64,000 nucleotides of DNA from an uncultured candidatus Porisulfidus sp. GTDB taxonomy: Bacteria; Pseudomonadota; Gammaproteobacteria; Poriferisulfidales; Poriferisulfidaceae. Every line of letters starts with the position of its first letter. Position 1 is the first letter of the stretch. The position numbers and the translations under genes were made by a program. Positions 46,981 to 57,337 of this stretch are shown in pieces. The notes under the pieces were generated by a model. It had not been told where the DNA came from. It did no database searches and saw nothing but the letters and a program-made list of their open reading frames with translations. The stretch covers positions 224,001 to 288,000 of the forward strand of contig CBDASZ010000002.1 of NCBI GenBank assembly GCA_965199755.1, given 5' to 3'.

Positions 46981-48783
46981 ATGAACACCAAAAATAGAAA
47001 CGAATTGATCGAAGATTTCCCTTGGATAGAACTTTACGAAAAAATTGCCGATCAATTACTACAATATCGCCATAACAGGAAACCACTTGTTGAACGCCTC
47101 CACGATATTGCTGCACGTGTTGAGCCTTTCATGAGCATGACAGATAAGGATGCGGAAGGCTCTTTGCCCTTAAGAGATATTGATCCTTTCACAACAATAG
47201 CCTCATTCAATCGCCGTACCAAATCCGAGAACAGAATACAGGTAGCCATCGAACTTGCTGAATTTCTTGGCGTCGACATGGATAAGCAACGTATTGAAGA
47301 AGCTATTTACGTACTGGGCGATCGTAGAAGTGTCCCAGAAGTGTATCCCGGAGCAACTTGGTTCTTTGCATTCGCTAAAAATCGCGAAGCAAATGATATT
47401 GATACTCTTTGGAATTTTTTTGAAAGAGCACTTGAGTTTGCGGATTCTGCCACAGATGAAAGCAGGAAAGCTTTTACAGAAACCTATGACGAGGCTTTGA
47501 AATGCAAGCAGATCGGAGACACTAAGTTGAGCATGGGGCTGTACTGGATTCGTCCAAGGTCTTTCCAAAATCTGGACAACTGTACCTGCCCATACATAGA
47601 AAATGTACTCGACATACCAATACAAAGTAGCGGCCCAAAAGGACGTAACGCAGATGATTATCTGGCACTACTCAGCGAACTCGAAACCAGATTTAAAGAA
47701 GACGCTTTCCCAGTACACTCATTTCCTGAATTAAGTTGGACTGCTTGGTGGCGGAATGAAACCGTACCCAAACCAATACCTGGCAATGACACCATATTCC
47801 CACCATATCCCCTCAATACGATTCTCTATGGTCCGCCTGGGACGGGGAAAACATACGCCACTGTCCGGCGTTGTGTCGAAATTTGCGAAGGTAAAGAAGT
47901 CCCAGATTCAGACAACAGTAATGACATTCGTGCCCGCTATGACGAACTGGTAGAGAAAGGGCGCATTGAATTCATCACTTTCCACCAATCATACGGCTAT
48001 GAAGAGTTCGTAGAAGGACTGCGGCCTGAAACTAGTGGAACAGACACTGGCTTTCGTCTTGAATACAAGGATGGCGTACTCAAGGAAATTGCTAAACGCT
48101 CAAGGAATAAAAACGAGCCTTATGTTCTCGTCATTGACGAAATCAACCGAGCCAATGTCTCAAAAGTGCTCGGTGAACTTGTCACGCTGCTGGAAGAAGA
48201 CAAACGCCAAAGAGCAGAAAATGAGATCTCCGCGACCCTGCCTCATTCTGGTGAGAAATTTTCTCTCCCAGCTAACCTTTTCATCCTTGGCACTATGAAC
48301 ACGGCTGACCGATCTATCGCACTGCTGGACACAGCACTGCGCCGCCGGTTCCATTTTGAGGAACTGCCCCCTAACCCTCAAATGCTAGAGAATGCTAAGG
48401 CTGCGACGGGAATTGACCTGCCCCGAGTGCTGCGCTCCATCAATGAACGTATTGAGTGGCTCTACGACAGAGACCATCTAATCGGTCATGCTTGGCTAAT
48501 GAATGCCAAAACACGAGAAGGTATAGACGAGATTATGCGATGCAAAATCATTCCCCTCCTGGCTGAATATTTCTATGAAGACTGGCAGAAAGTTCAGGCC
48601 ATTCTCGGAGGCACTGATGACTTCGTGCGGAAAGAAAAACTCAACCCACCGCCAGGCCTCGAAAACGAAGGTGACAAACGCTACCGGTGGACAATCAGAG
48701 AACGCTTTGGAGACGATGCCTACACCCGATTAATCAAAGGTAACCCAGATCAGAAACCCACGAAGGATGATGTCGCAGACTAA
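46981..48783 (+). CDS. mcrB: McrB-like AAA+ GTPase (type IV restriction)
   Basis: Motifs GPPGTGKT, FITFHQSYGYEEFVEG, DEINRAN, GTMNTADRS, ALRRRF, IGHAW, IPLLAEYF. Confidence 0.92.
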   Translation: MNTKNRNELIEDFPWIELYEKIADQLLQYRHNRKPLVERLHDIAARVEPFMSMTDKDAEGSLPLRDIDPFTTIASFNRRTKSENRIQVAIELAEFLGVDMDKQRIEEAIYVLGDRRSVPEVYPGATWFFAFAKNREANDIDTLWNFFERALEFADSATDESRKAFTETYDEALKCKQIGDTKLSMGLYWIRPRSFQNLDNCTCPYIENVLDIPIQSSGPKGRNADDYLALLSELETRFKEDAFPVHSFPELSWTAWWRNETVPKPIPGNDTIFPPYPLNTILYGPPGTGKTYATVRRCVEICEGKEVPDSDNSNDIRARYDELVEKGRIEFITFHQSYGYEEFVEGLRPETSGTDTGFRLEYKDGVLKEIAKRSRNKNEPYVLVIDEINRANVSKVLGELVTLLEEDKRQRAENEISATLPHSGEKFSLPANLFILGTMNTADRSIALLDTALRRRFHFEELPPNPQMLENAKAATGIDLPRVLRSINERIEWLYDRDHLIGHAWLMNAKTREGIDEIMRCKIIPLLAEYFYEDWQKVQAILGGTDDFVRKEKLNPPPGLENEGDKRYRWTIRERFGDDAYTRLIKGNPDQKPTKDDVAD

Positions 48784-50047
48784 TCACTTCACTTGCCATG
48801 AGTGGGAGGAATTGCACATCAAGGAAAATAACTTGTCAGAAAAGCAGGTTGAACAACTCCATACTTACGCCGAGCGTGCCAAGCAGCATCTGAAAAAAGC
48901 CACTGTCTTAACTCGCACGCCAGGTGGTCTGAAAGCCGACCAAGTAGTTGGTATTTTACAGACTCCGAGTGCCACTTTAGAAATTCTCCCCAAGATAGAC
49001 GGCGAAGATGATACTGTGCGAAAAGCCCTCGTTCACATGCTTGCTGAAACTTGGGATCTGGGCGTGACACATGGCGAACTCGCTTCCTTAAGTGCCCAGT
49101 CCGATAACCTGCTGGAGTATTTCATTCGGCTATTTTCAGAACGGCTTCTCGCCGCTATTCGCCGAGGACTACCCCGACGCTATCTCGTCCACAATGACGA
49201 TCTCCCTGTGTTGCGAGGAAAACTGAACGTCGTGCGTCAGTTGACGCACCTATCCGTTCGACCAGACCGCCTTGCTTGCCGCTTTGATGAACTGTCAGAA
49301 AATACTCCCTTGAATCGCGTCCTGAAAGCAGCCGTCATACGACTCTCACGCATCACTCGATCAGCAGTCAATGCACAGAAGCTGGCCGAACTTTCTTCCC
49401 GCTTTGAGGCCGTAGGCGATACCCAGACACCACTTCGCGAGCCTGTGCGGATAGACCGTACCAACACGGCTTTTCATGTTTTATACCGACTAGCGCGATT
49501 TTTCCTGTCGGGAGACTGGCAGAGCACCTCAGGCGGAAAGGCTGTAACGGGATTTTCCCTGCTATTCCGAATGAACGACTTGTTCGAAGAGTACACCGGG
49601 AGAATCCTGAAACGCATACTGATTGATTACACCGTGAATCTCCAGCACCGAGGAGAACACGCACTGATCAGCGAATATGGTACTCGCATATTTGCCTTGC
49701 GCCCTGACATTGTGATTCAAGATAATGGCGGCCCCATCATTCTTGACACGAAATGGAAGCACCTTAAACCTGAAAAATCGAGACTGGACGTTTCTCAGTC
49801 CGATGTCTACCAGATGCTTGCATACGCCCATGCCTACAAAGCACAGCGTCTCACGCTTATCTACCCGTGGCACGCGAAAATAAACAAGCCTCCCGGGTTG
49901 TGCCAAAGTTGGAGAGTTCCAAAAACCGACTGCCCCTTCGACATAGTGACAGTCAATGTCGGTGGTCCAGATTCCGTATCAGGCACCCTGCGAGATTACA
50001 CTGACCAATTTCTCAACGATACTAACCCTATGAAAGACGCTGCCTAG
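48767..50047 (+). CDS. mcrC: McrC-like PD-(D/E)xK nuclease subunit
   Basis: Motifs LEILPKI, MNDLFEEY, RPDIV...ILDTKWK, DVYQMLAYA; overlaps mcrB. Confidence 0.92.
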   Translation: MMSQTNHFTCHEWEELHIKENNLSEKQVEQLHTYAERAKQHLKKATVLTRTPGGLKADQVVGILQTPSATLEILPKIDGEDDTVRKALVHMLAETWDLGVTHGELASLSAQSDNLLEYFIRLFSERLLAAIRRGLPRRYLVHNDDLPVLRGKLNVVRQLTHLSVRPDRLACRFDELSENTPLNRVLKAAVIRLSRITRSAVNAQKLAELSSRFEAVGDTQTPLREPVRIDRTNTAFHVLYRLARFFLSGDWQSTSGGKAVTGFSLLFRMNDLFEEYTGRILKRILIDYTVNLQHRGEHALISEYGTRIFALRPDIVIQDNGGPIILDTKWKHLKPEKSRLDVSQSDVYQMLAYAHAYKAQRLTLIYPWHAKINKPPGLCQSWRVPKTDCPFDIVTVNVGGPDSVSGTLRDYTDQFLNDTNPMKDAA

Positions 50048-50099
50048 CTTCTCTCATTTTCACAAAACCTCCACTACCAACGAATACGAAAACCCCGCT

Positions 50100-50717
50100 C
50101 TAGTGCGGTGGCCCCAACACTCGGTCCAGCCCCACTTCCAGTCGCTCCAGATCATCACGCAGGTTATCCACTTCGTGCATGAAGGCGTCGACCTCCTCCT
50201 GGTGCGGCGTCACGTCTGATTCTTCGCGCAAGTAATCTCGTACATTGTCGGCCACAGCATCCCCAAAGGTCTGCGCCGCCAGAATCACATCTTCCAGCGT
50301 TCGCCCAATCACCCGTGCGGAAGTGTCGCCTAAGACATGCGACAGACGCTCCTCCAGATCCAGATCCAGTTTTGAAAAGAAGTTGCTCAAGTCCTGCGCA
50401 ATATCCACCTCACCCTGAAATTGAATGTCTTCACGCTGCTCGGCCATCGCATAGCGCACGAAGGCGGCCACATGTCCAGTTATGGCGAGGTCATAGTCAT
50501 TCGGCTCTATACCAAAGTTCAACTCTCCCTTGCGAATATACAGCCCGAATGCGGGGAATGGCTCCAGTTCCATTCTGACGGTCTGCTCTCCCATAGCGCG
50601 CAAGCGCAACTGAGCCTGAGGGTCGACCTGCAGAACCTCATTCAGCCCGGAATTCAGAAGAGCAAAAAAAGTAGGAGGCAACACGGCTATATCACGCGGT
50701 GAAAGAATGGGATGCAA
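50100..50717 (-). CDS. ubiJ: Ubiquinone biosynthesis accessory factor UbiJ (SCP2 domain)
   Basis: Motifs LNEVLQVDP, QGEVDIAQ, DLEERLSHVLGD, DYLREE, VDNLRDDLERLE. Confidence 0.85.
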   Translation of the reverse strand: MHPILSPRDIAVLPPTFFALLNSGLNEVLQVDPQAQLRLRAMGEQTVRMELEPFPAFGLYIRKGELNFGIEPNDYDLAITGHVAAFVRYAMAEQREDIQFQGEVDIAQDLSNFFSKLDLDLEERLSHVLGDTSARVIGRTLEDVILAAQTFGDAVADNVRDYLREESDVTPHQEEVDAFMHEVDNLRDDLERLEVGLDRVLGPPH

Positions 50718-50843
50718 ATTATACAGGCAACCCTCAAATTCCCTGCTTGCCCATCTTGCTTTAATATGTAATATAATCTGAAACGAAGCGGGGATAACTC
50801 TTAACTTTTATATATATAAGAATATATTATCAGAAGCCGAGGT

Positions 50844-52730
50844 ATGATCACCATGAAACAGTATCCATTGCTGGAACGCATCAACACTCCTTCCGATTTG
50901 CGCGAATTAAATGAATCGGAGTTGCAGGGCGTTGTCGACGAATTACGCGAATATTTGATTCACAGCGTCGCACACTGCGGCGGACATTTCGGAGCCGGAT
51001 TGGGGGCTGTCGAATTGACGGTGGCGCTGCACTATGTGTTCAACACCCCGCACGACAATCTGGTCTGGGATGTCGGACACCAAAGTTACGGACACAAGGT
51101 ACTGACCGGACGACGTGACAAGTTGAGAACCATCCGGCGCTGGGAAGGCCTCGCACCCTTCCCCGACCGTGACGAAAGTATCTACGACAGCTTCGGCGTC
51201 GGACACTCCAGCACCTCGATCAGCGCGGCTCTCGGCATGGCGTTAGCCAGTCGCAACGCCGATGAGGATCGCGAAGCGGTCGCCATCATTGGCGACGGTG
51301 GCCTGACCGCGGGACTGGCATACGAAGGCCTCTGCCATCTTGGCGATACCGGTGCCAATGTGCTCGTCGTGCTGAACGACAACCGGATGTCCATCTCTCC
51401 AAACGTCGGTGCCATGACCAAGTACCTAACCCGTATTCTGGCCGGTAGCAGTTATGCCTCGATGGTCAAGGGCAGTGAGTGGATACTCAACAGCATCCCC
51501 GGCGGGATTCGTAACCTCGCCGCAAAAATGGAGAAGCAGGTCAAGGGCATGTTTGTGCCCGGCAGCCTGTTCGAGGAACTGGGACTGAGTTACTACGGTC
51601 CGGTGGACGGACACGATTTGCCGGAACTTCTGAAAATCATGACGCAGGTGAAACAGCACAGCGGCCCTCGCCTTCTACACGTGGTCACCTGCAAAGGCAA
51701 AGGCTACCAGCCGGCAGAAGAAGATCAGGTGGGGTATCACGCGGTGCCCAGCGGCTTCGACCCGGAGATCGGCGTGGTGAAAGCCCCCAAGAATCCGAAT
51801 GCGGCCAAAACCTATACCCAGATCTTCAGCGACTGGCTGTGCGATCAGGCGTCGGAAGACACCCGACTGCTGGCGGTCACCCCAGCCATGCGAGAAGGCA
51901 GTGGGCTGGTTCGCTTTGAGAAGGAATATCCCGACCGTTACTTTGATGTGGCGATCGCCGAGCAGCATGCTGTCTGCGTCGGTGCCGGCATGGCATGCGG
52001 CGGCGCGAAACCGGTCGTCGCCATTTATTCCACCTTCCTGCAGCGCGGCTACGATCAGTTAGTCCACGACATTGTCGTGCAGCAACTGGATGTGCTGCTG
52101 GCGGTTGACCGGGCCGGCATGGTTGGTGCTGACGGCAAGACGCATGTCGGCTCTTTTGATCTGTCGTACATGCGCTGCCTGCCTAATCTGGTGATCATGG
52201 CTCCCTCCGATGAGGATGAGTGTCGCAAATTGCTGACCACCGGCTATCAGCATCGAGGCCCGGCGGCCGTGCGCTATCCGCGCGGAACGGGACCCGGTGC
52301 CACTGTTGACCCGGCACTGGAAGCAGTGGAAATCGGCAAGGCCCGCCCGGTGCGCGAAGGTAGCAATGTCGCGTTTCTGGTATTTGGCAGTTTGCTGGAC
52401 CAGGTACTGCCCATCGCTGAGGATTTGGATGCCACTTTGATTGACATGCGTTTTGTCAAGCCTTTGGATGTCGAGTGCATCAAACAGGCCGCGGACACGC
52501 ATGACATGCTGATCACCGTCGAGGACAACGTACTGGCCGGAGGAGCCGGCAGTGCCGTCGCCGAGACGTTCGGCCCGGATGAGTCGGTGCGCTTGTTGCG
52601 CCTTGGTTTGCCGGACCACTACATCCCGCACGGCACACGCGAAGAGCAACTTTCGAGCGTAGGCATGGATACCGCAGGAATGCGGGCAACCATAGAGCAA
52701 GCCGGAATCCCCCGCGGAAGCAAACGTTGA
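50844..52730 (+). CDS. dxs: 1-deoxy-D-xylulose-5-phosphate synthase
   Basis: Motifs WDVGHQSYGHK, GHSSTSISAALG, IGDG...LNDN, IAEQHAV, YSTFLQRGYDQ, DRAG. Confidence 0.98.
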   Translation: MITMKQYPLLERINTPSDLRELNESELQGVVDELREYLIHSVAHCGGHFGAGLGAVELTVALHYVFNTPHDNLVWDVGHQSYGHKVLTGRRDKLRTIRRWEGLAPFPDRDESIYDSFGVGHSSTSISAALGMALASRNADEDREAVAIIGDGGLTAGLAYEGLCHLGDTGANVLVVLNDNRMSISPNVGAMTKYLTRILAGSSYASMVKGSEWILNSIPGGIRNLAAKMEKQVKGMFVPGSLFEELGLSYYGPVDGHDLPELLKIMTQVKQHSGPRLLHVVTCKGKGYQPAEEDQVGYHAVPSGFDPEIGVVKAPKNPNAAKTYTQIFSDWLCDQASEDTRLLAVTPAMREGSGLVRFEKEYPDRYFDVAIAEQHAVCVGAGMACGGAKPVVAIYSTFLQRGYDQLVHDIVVQQLDVLLAVDRAGMVGADGKTHVGSFDLSYMRCLPNLVIMAPSDEDECRKLLTTGYQHRGPAAVRYPRGTGPGATVDPALEAVEIGKARPVREGSNVAFLVFGSLLDQVLPIAEDLDATLIDMRFVKPLDVECIKQAADTHDMLITVEDNVLAGGAGSAVAETFGPDESVRLLRLGLPDHYIPHGTREEQLSSVGMDTAGMRATIEQAGIPRGSKR

Positions 52731-52754
52731 CCGCCAAGTAACCAACTCAGTCTC

Positions 52755-52795
52755 CCCGCATGGAGTGGCACACTGTGTGCTACTCCTTACGCGGG
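52755..52795. promoter_or_regulatory. Long hairpin containing a sigma54-like -24/-12 element upstream of slyD
   Basis: CCCGC..GGAGTGGCACA-CTG-TGTGCTACTCC..GCGGG; TGGCACACTGTGTGCT (52766-52781) has GG-N10-GC spacing. Confidence 0.4.
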
Positions 52796-52865
52796 TGCTA
52801 AAATTCGCCACCGAGCCTGACCGACAGAGCTTTCTGTTTAGGGTTCCACCGCACAACACGTATTC

Positions 52866-53360
52866 ATGAATTTTTTGCCCGAGCATACTGTTCAAGCCAA
52901 CAAGGTGGTGGAGTTCACTTACCGCATTCTGGACCAACACGGAAAGGTTCTGGAGCAGATCGACGTGCCCGTCTCCTACGTGCACGGCAGTGAACACGGC
53001 CTGTGGCACCGCGTTGAAGCGGCGATCGAAAATCGCCGCGCCGGAGACACCGTCGAAGTCTTAGTGCGCCCAAAAGATGCCTTTGGTGATTCAGATCCGG
53101 ACTTGCTGATCACACAGAATCTGGAGCATGTGCCGCCGCAGTTTCGGCATATCGGTGCGGAAGCGGATTTCCAGAATGAGGAAGGCGACATACATCGTTT
53201 TCGGGTGACCGCGATCGAAGGTGACACGCTGGTGCTGGACGGCAACCACCCGCTCGCCGGCAAAACCCTGAAGTTCTTTGTCAACATCCTGAACGTGCGT
53301 GACGCCACTGAAGAAGAAGTACGCAATCCCGACAGTCTCAGCACCCCCATCGTCCACTGA
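52866..53360 (+). CDS. slyD: FKBP-type peptidyl-prolyl isomerase (SlyD-like)
   Basis: Motifs YVHG, PKDAFG, LDGNHPLAGKTLKF, VRDATEEE; no His-rich tail. Confidence 0.85.
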   Translation: MNFLPEHTVQANKVVEFTYRILDQHGKVLEQIDVPVSYVHGSEHGLWHRVEAAIENRRAGDTVEVLVRPKDAFGDSDPDLLITQNLEHVPPQFRHIGAEADFQNEEGDIHRFRVTAIEGDTLVLDGNHPLAGKTLKFFVNILNVRDATEEEVRNPDSLSTPIVH

Positions 53361-53371
53361 TTCTCCGTGCT

Positions 53372-55714
53372 GTGAAGATCATTGGCGGCGTTCTTGCCTT
53401 GGTGCCGCTTTTCATATTCCTGCTCTACACCAGTCGCCCGCAACTCACCGGCGACATTGCACTATCCGCACTCGGTGACACCGTCGTGGTGCGTCGCGAC
53501 GCCCTCGGCCACACCACCATTGAGGCGAGTTCTCGACTGGACCTCGCACGCGCCACCGGTTTCGTTCACGCTCAGGAACGCTTTCTGTCGATGGACCTGC
53601 GCCGCCGCCTCACCGCAGGCGATCTGGCCTCCCTGCTCGGCCCGTTGTCGCTGGATTTTGATCGCAACATCCGAATCCACGGGTTTCGCGAACAATCCCG
53701 ACGCATGATCACCGAACTGCCGCCGCAAGAGCGGCAGATATTGGAGGCCTACACCGACGGCGTCAATCAAGGTCTCGCCACGCTGGGGATATGGCCGTTT
53801 CCGTATTCTCTGGTCGCGCAAAAACCGCGCGCATGGCTGCCGGAAGACAGTCTGCTGACGCTGTTCGCCATGCACCTGGTGCTGCAGGGCAGCCGCTGGC
53901 AGTACGATGCCACCGTCACCGCTCTGACCGAAGCTCTGGGGCCTGAGGCAGCTGATTTTCTGGCTCCGACTGATTCGCATCACAACGCCGCGCTGGATGG
54001 CTCCGCACCTTCGTGGCAGACCCCGCACATCCCACCGCCTGAAGCAGTTGATTTTCGCGAACTGCCGCTGGAACTCGACGCGCTCAGTGAAGTGCGGGCG
54101 CACTGGGAACGCGAACGCAGCAAGGAAAATTCCGGCAGCAGCGCCGCCGCAGTACAGGGCGTGTTAACCGAACACGGAGGTGGCTTGCTGGCGAATGACA
54201 TGCACCTGGTGTTGCAGGTGCCGAACATCTGGTACCGGGTGCACTGGAAATGGCAGGACGGAGACACCCCGCGCATGGCGAGCGGCCTCAGCCTCCCCGG
54301 CATGCCCTGGTTGGTGGCGGGCAGCAACGGACAGATCGCTTGGGGATTCACCAACAGCAACGTCGACAGTCAAGATCTGATCACTCTGGATTCGAGCGAG
54401 CCTCCACTAGAAGAAGTGACGGAAACCTACGAAGTCGCTTTTTATCCCGACCCTGAACCCGAATTGCGCCTGCAATCGCGCTGGGGACCGGTGGTGCAGG
54501 CGTCCCGTGACGAATCTGCCGAGGACTCTCCCGTATTCGCCTTGCGCTGGGCCTCGCACTGGCTGCACGGGCGACACATCAATTTCAGTAGTATTGAAGC
54601 CGCATCCACAGTGGACGCGGCCATGACCCTGTTTCAGCGTTCGGCCATCCCCGCGCAAAACATTCTGATCGCGGACTGCCACGGCAATGCCGGCTGGACG
54701 GTTGCCGGACAACTCTTTCACCGTAACGGATTCCGCGGCCGCACCGCCGTCTCAAGTGCGCAGTTAGCGCAGCCGCAACCCCAGTGGCTCACCCCTGATG
54801 AGTATCCGCGCGTGTTACAACCACGCCTGTGGTCCGGGAACCAGCGACATATTGGCGGAGAAGCTTTCGCACGGCTCGGTGACGGACGCTACACAGCCTC
54901 AATGCGCGCCCGCCAGATCAAAACACGCATGCTGGAGCGGGACCAGTTTGATGAAGCCGCCATGTTCGCGCTGCAAGTTGACGCGCGAGCGGATTATCTG
55001 GTCGAATGGCACAAACGCATGGAGCGAATTCTCGACCACCCCACCGTCGCCGATCTGGCCTCACAGCACGCGGTGCGAGAGATCCTCAATAACTGGGACG
55101 GCTACGCAAACATCGAAAGCGTCGGCTACGGACTGGTACGCAACTTCAGAAAACGCACCCATGAACTGTTCCTGCGCGTCTTGCTAACACGCATGGAGGC
55201 CTACCCACACTTCCACGCCAACACCTTGCGCTGGCAACTGGACGGACCGCTCACACGTTTAATTGAGGCCGACACCCAACACTTTCTGCCGCAAGGCTAT
55301 GCGCACTGGGATGATCTGATGGCGCAAGCCCTGCACATCACTTTGGAAGAACTCACGCAAGAAGACACCGCTTTGGATACCATCGTCTGGGGAGAAGTCA
55401 ACCGCTCGGAAATCCAACACCCCTTGTCACTCGCCTTGCCGGCTTTGAGTCCGCTGCTGGATCCCCCCGCGTACCCGCAGGCCGGTGACCTCAACATCCC
55501 GCGCGTGGCCCGACCCCGATTCGGTGCCTCACAGAGAATGGTGGTCGCACCCTGCCGTGAAGAACACGGCATCATGCACATGCCCGGTGGACAATCCGGC
55601 CATCCCTTGTCGCCGTTCTATCTCGCCGGCCACGAAGACTGGGCGCTTGATCGACCAAGCCCGTTTCTGCCCGGACCGGACTATGCCGTGATGACCTTAA
55701 GTCCCGCTCCTTAG
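53372..55714 (+). CDS. Penicillin acylase family Ntn hydrolase (S45)
   Basis: Motifs GFVHAQER, AYTDGVN, LLANDMHL, PNIWY, IAWGFTN, PGGQSGHP. Confidence 0.92.
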   Translation: MKIIGGVLALVPLFIFLLYTSRPQLTGDIALSALGDTVVVRRDALGHTTIEASSRLDLARATGFVHAQERFLSMDLRRRLTAGDLASLLGPLSLDFDRNIRIHGFREQSRRMITELPPQERQILEAYTDGVNQGLATLGIWPFPYSLVAQKPRAWLPEDSLLTLFAMHLVLQGSRWQYDATVTALTEALGPEAADFLAPTDSHHNAALDGSAPSWQTPHIPPPEAVDFRELPLELDALSEVRAHWERERSKENSGSSAAAVQGVLTEHGGGLLANDMHLVLQVPNIWYRVHWKWQDGDTPRMASGLSLPGMPWLVAGSNGQIAWGFTNSNVDSQDLITLDSSEPPLEEVTETYEVAFYPDPEPELRLQSRWGPVVQASRDESAEDSPVFALRWASHWLHGRHINFSSIEAASTVDAAMTLFQRSAIPAQNILIADCHGNAGWTVAGQLFHRNGFRGRTAVSSAQLAQPQPQWLTPDEYPRVLQPRLWSGNQRHIGGEAFARLGDGRYTASMRARQIKTRMLERDQFDEAAMFALQVDARADYLVEWHKRMERILDHPTVADLASQHAVREILNNWDGYANIESVGYGLVRNFRKRTHELFLRVLLTRMEAYPHFHANTLRWQLDGPLTRLIEADTQHFLPQGYAHWDDLMAQALHITLEELTQEDTALDTIVWGEVNRSEIQHPLSLALPALSPLLDPPAYPQAGDLNIPRVARPRFGASQRMVVAPCREEHGIMHMPGGQSGHPLSPFYLAGHEDWALDRPSPFLPGPDYAVMTLSPAP

Positions 55715-55733
55715 AAAACACACGCCGGTGCAT

Positions 55734-55982
55734 TCAATCGGCTTCCAGCCAGCGCACCAGATAATACAGAAATTGCCCTTCTGAGGACTTTGACGGCCCC
55801 AGCACCTCGGCTGCGTGCCGTTGGGTATCCGAATGCGCCAAGCGCAATGCTTCTTGTGGATCCGCCGCCAGCGTCACCAGACCTGCCGGAAAGCGCCGAC
55901 GCCGACGATGCGGACTATGGATGACCGCGAAATGTGTTTGCGACACTGCCGTCTCGGGATCCGGCGGCACCACTCCGCGCAT
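55734..55982 (-). CDS. Hypothetical protein
   Basis: 82 aa, TAATG-coupled to accC; motif GPSKSSEGQFLYYLVRWL. Confidence 0.7.
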   Translation of the reverse strand: MRGVVPPDPETAVSQTHFAVIHSPHRRRRRFPAGLVTLAADPQEALRLAHSDTQRHAAEVLGPSKSSEGQFLYYLVRWLEAD

Positions 55983-57331
55983 TATTCAGACTCGGCGTTG
56001 CTGCGATTTTCCAGCCAGTGAATATTCACGCCGCCGGCCTGAAATTCCTCATCCTCAATTAACTCCTGATGCAACGGGGCATTCGTGCGAATGCCGTCGA
56101 CCACCAGTTCGGTCAGCGCCCGGTGCATTCGCCGCAGCGCCACTGTGCGATCGCGCGCATGCGCCACCACCTTGCCAATCATTGAGTCATAGTTGGGCGG
56201 AACTTCATAACCGGTGTATAAATGCGTGTCCATGCGCACACCGGGGCCACCCGGACTGTGAAAATGCACCACCCGCCCCGGCTGCGGCAAGAAGGTTTCG
56301 GGGTCTTCCGCATTGATGCGGCACTCCACTGCATGCCCGCGCATCTGCACTTCAGACTGCTTGATGCTCAGGCGTTCGCCCTGTGCGATCAGCAACTGAT
56401 GCCGCACCAGATCCACACCCGTGACCATCTCCGTCACCGGATGCTCGACCTGAATGCGCGTGTTCATTTCAATGAAGTAGAACTCGCCGTCCTGATACAG
56501 AAACTCAAAGGTGCCCAGACCGCGGTATTCCATTTTCTGGCAGGCTTGCGCCAGACGCTCGCCCAACTGCTGGCGCTGCTCAGGCGTAATCCCCGGTGCC
56601 GGCGACTCCTCGATTACCTTCTGGTGCCTTCGCTGCACCGAACAATCACGCTCGCCCAAATGAATCGCATTGCCGTACGTATCCGCCAGCACCTGAAATT
56701 CAATATGTCTGGGTCGTTCCAGAAATTTCTCCAGATACACCTCGCTGTTGCCAAAAGCGGCCTGAGCCTCGGTGCGCGTCAATTCCAGTGCCTCCTCCAT
56801 ATCCTCTTCCGCATGCACCACGCGCATGCCGCGACCGCCACCGCCCGCGCTCGCTTTGATCATCACCGGATAGCCGATGTCGCGCGCCAGCGCCCGACAT
56901 TCGCCGGCATCCTCCGGCAGTGCGCCGTCGCTGCCTGGCACACAGGGAATATCCACCGACATGGCCGCCTTGCGCGCCGCCACCTTGTCGCCCATCTCCC
57001 GGATGTTTTGCGCCTTCGGGCCAATAAAGACGAAACCGCTGGATTCCACGCGCTCGGCGAAATCGGCGTTCTCGGACAGAAAACCGTAACCCGGATGAAT
57101 CGCCGCGGCGTTGGTGACTTCAGCCGCCGAGATGATGGCCGGGATGTTCAGATAACTTTGCTGCGAATCCGCAGGCCCGATGCACACAGATTCATCCGCC
57201 AGACGAACATGCAGCAAGTTCCGGTCCACTTCAGAGTGCACCGCCACCGTGCGAATGTCCATATCGCGGCAGGCGCGCAGGATGCGCAAACCGATTTCAC
57301 CACGATTGGCGATCAGTACCTTGTCCAGCAT
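55982..57331 (-). CDS. accC: Biotin carboxylase
   Basis: Motifs [41 protein letters not shown]. Confidence 0.98.
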   Translation of the reverse strand: MLDKVLIANRGEIGLRILRACRDMDIRTVAVHSEVDRNLLHVRLADESVCIGPADSQQSYLNIPAIISAAEVTNAAAIHPGYGFLSENADFAERVESSGFVFIGPKAQNIREMGDKVAARKAAMSVDIPCVPGSDGALPEDAGECRALARDIGYPVMIKASAGGGGRGMRVVHAEEDMEEALELTRTEAQAAFGNSEVYLEKFLERPRHIEFQVLADTYGNAIHLGERDCSVQRRHQKVIEESPAPGITPEQRQQLGERLAQACQKMEYRGLGTFEFLYQDGEFYFIEMNTRIQVEHPVTEMVTGVDLVRHQLLIAQGERLSIKQSEVQMRGHAVECRINAEDPETFLPQPGRVVHFHSPGGPGVRMDTHLYTGYEVPPNYDSMIGKVVAHARDRTVALRRMHRALTELVVDGIRTNAPLHQELIEDEEFQAGGVNIHWLENRSNAESE

Positions 57332-57337
57332 GGGAGC

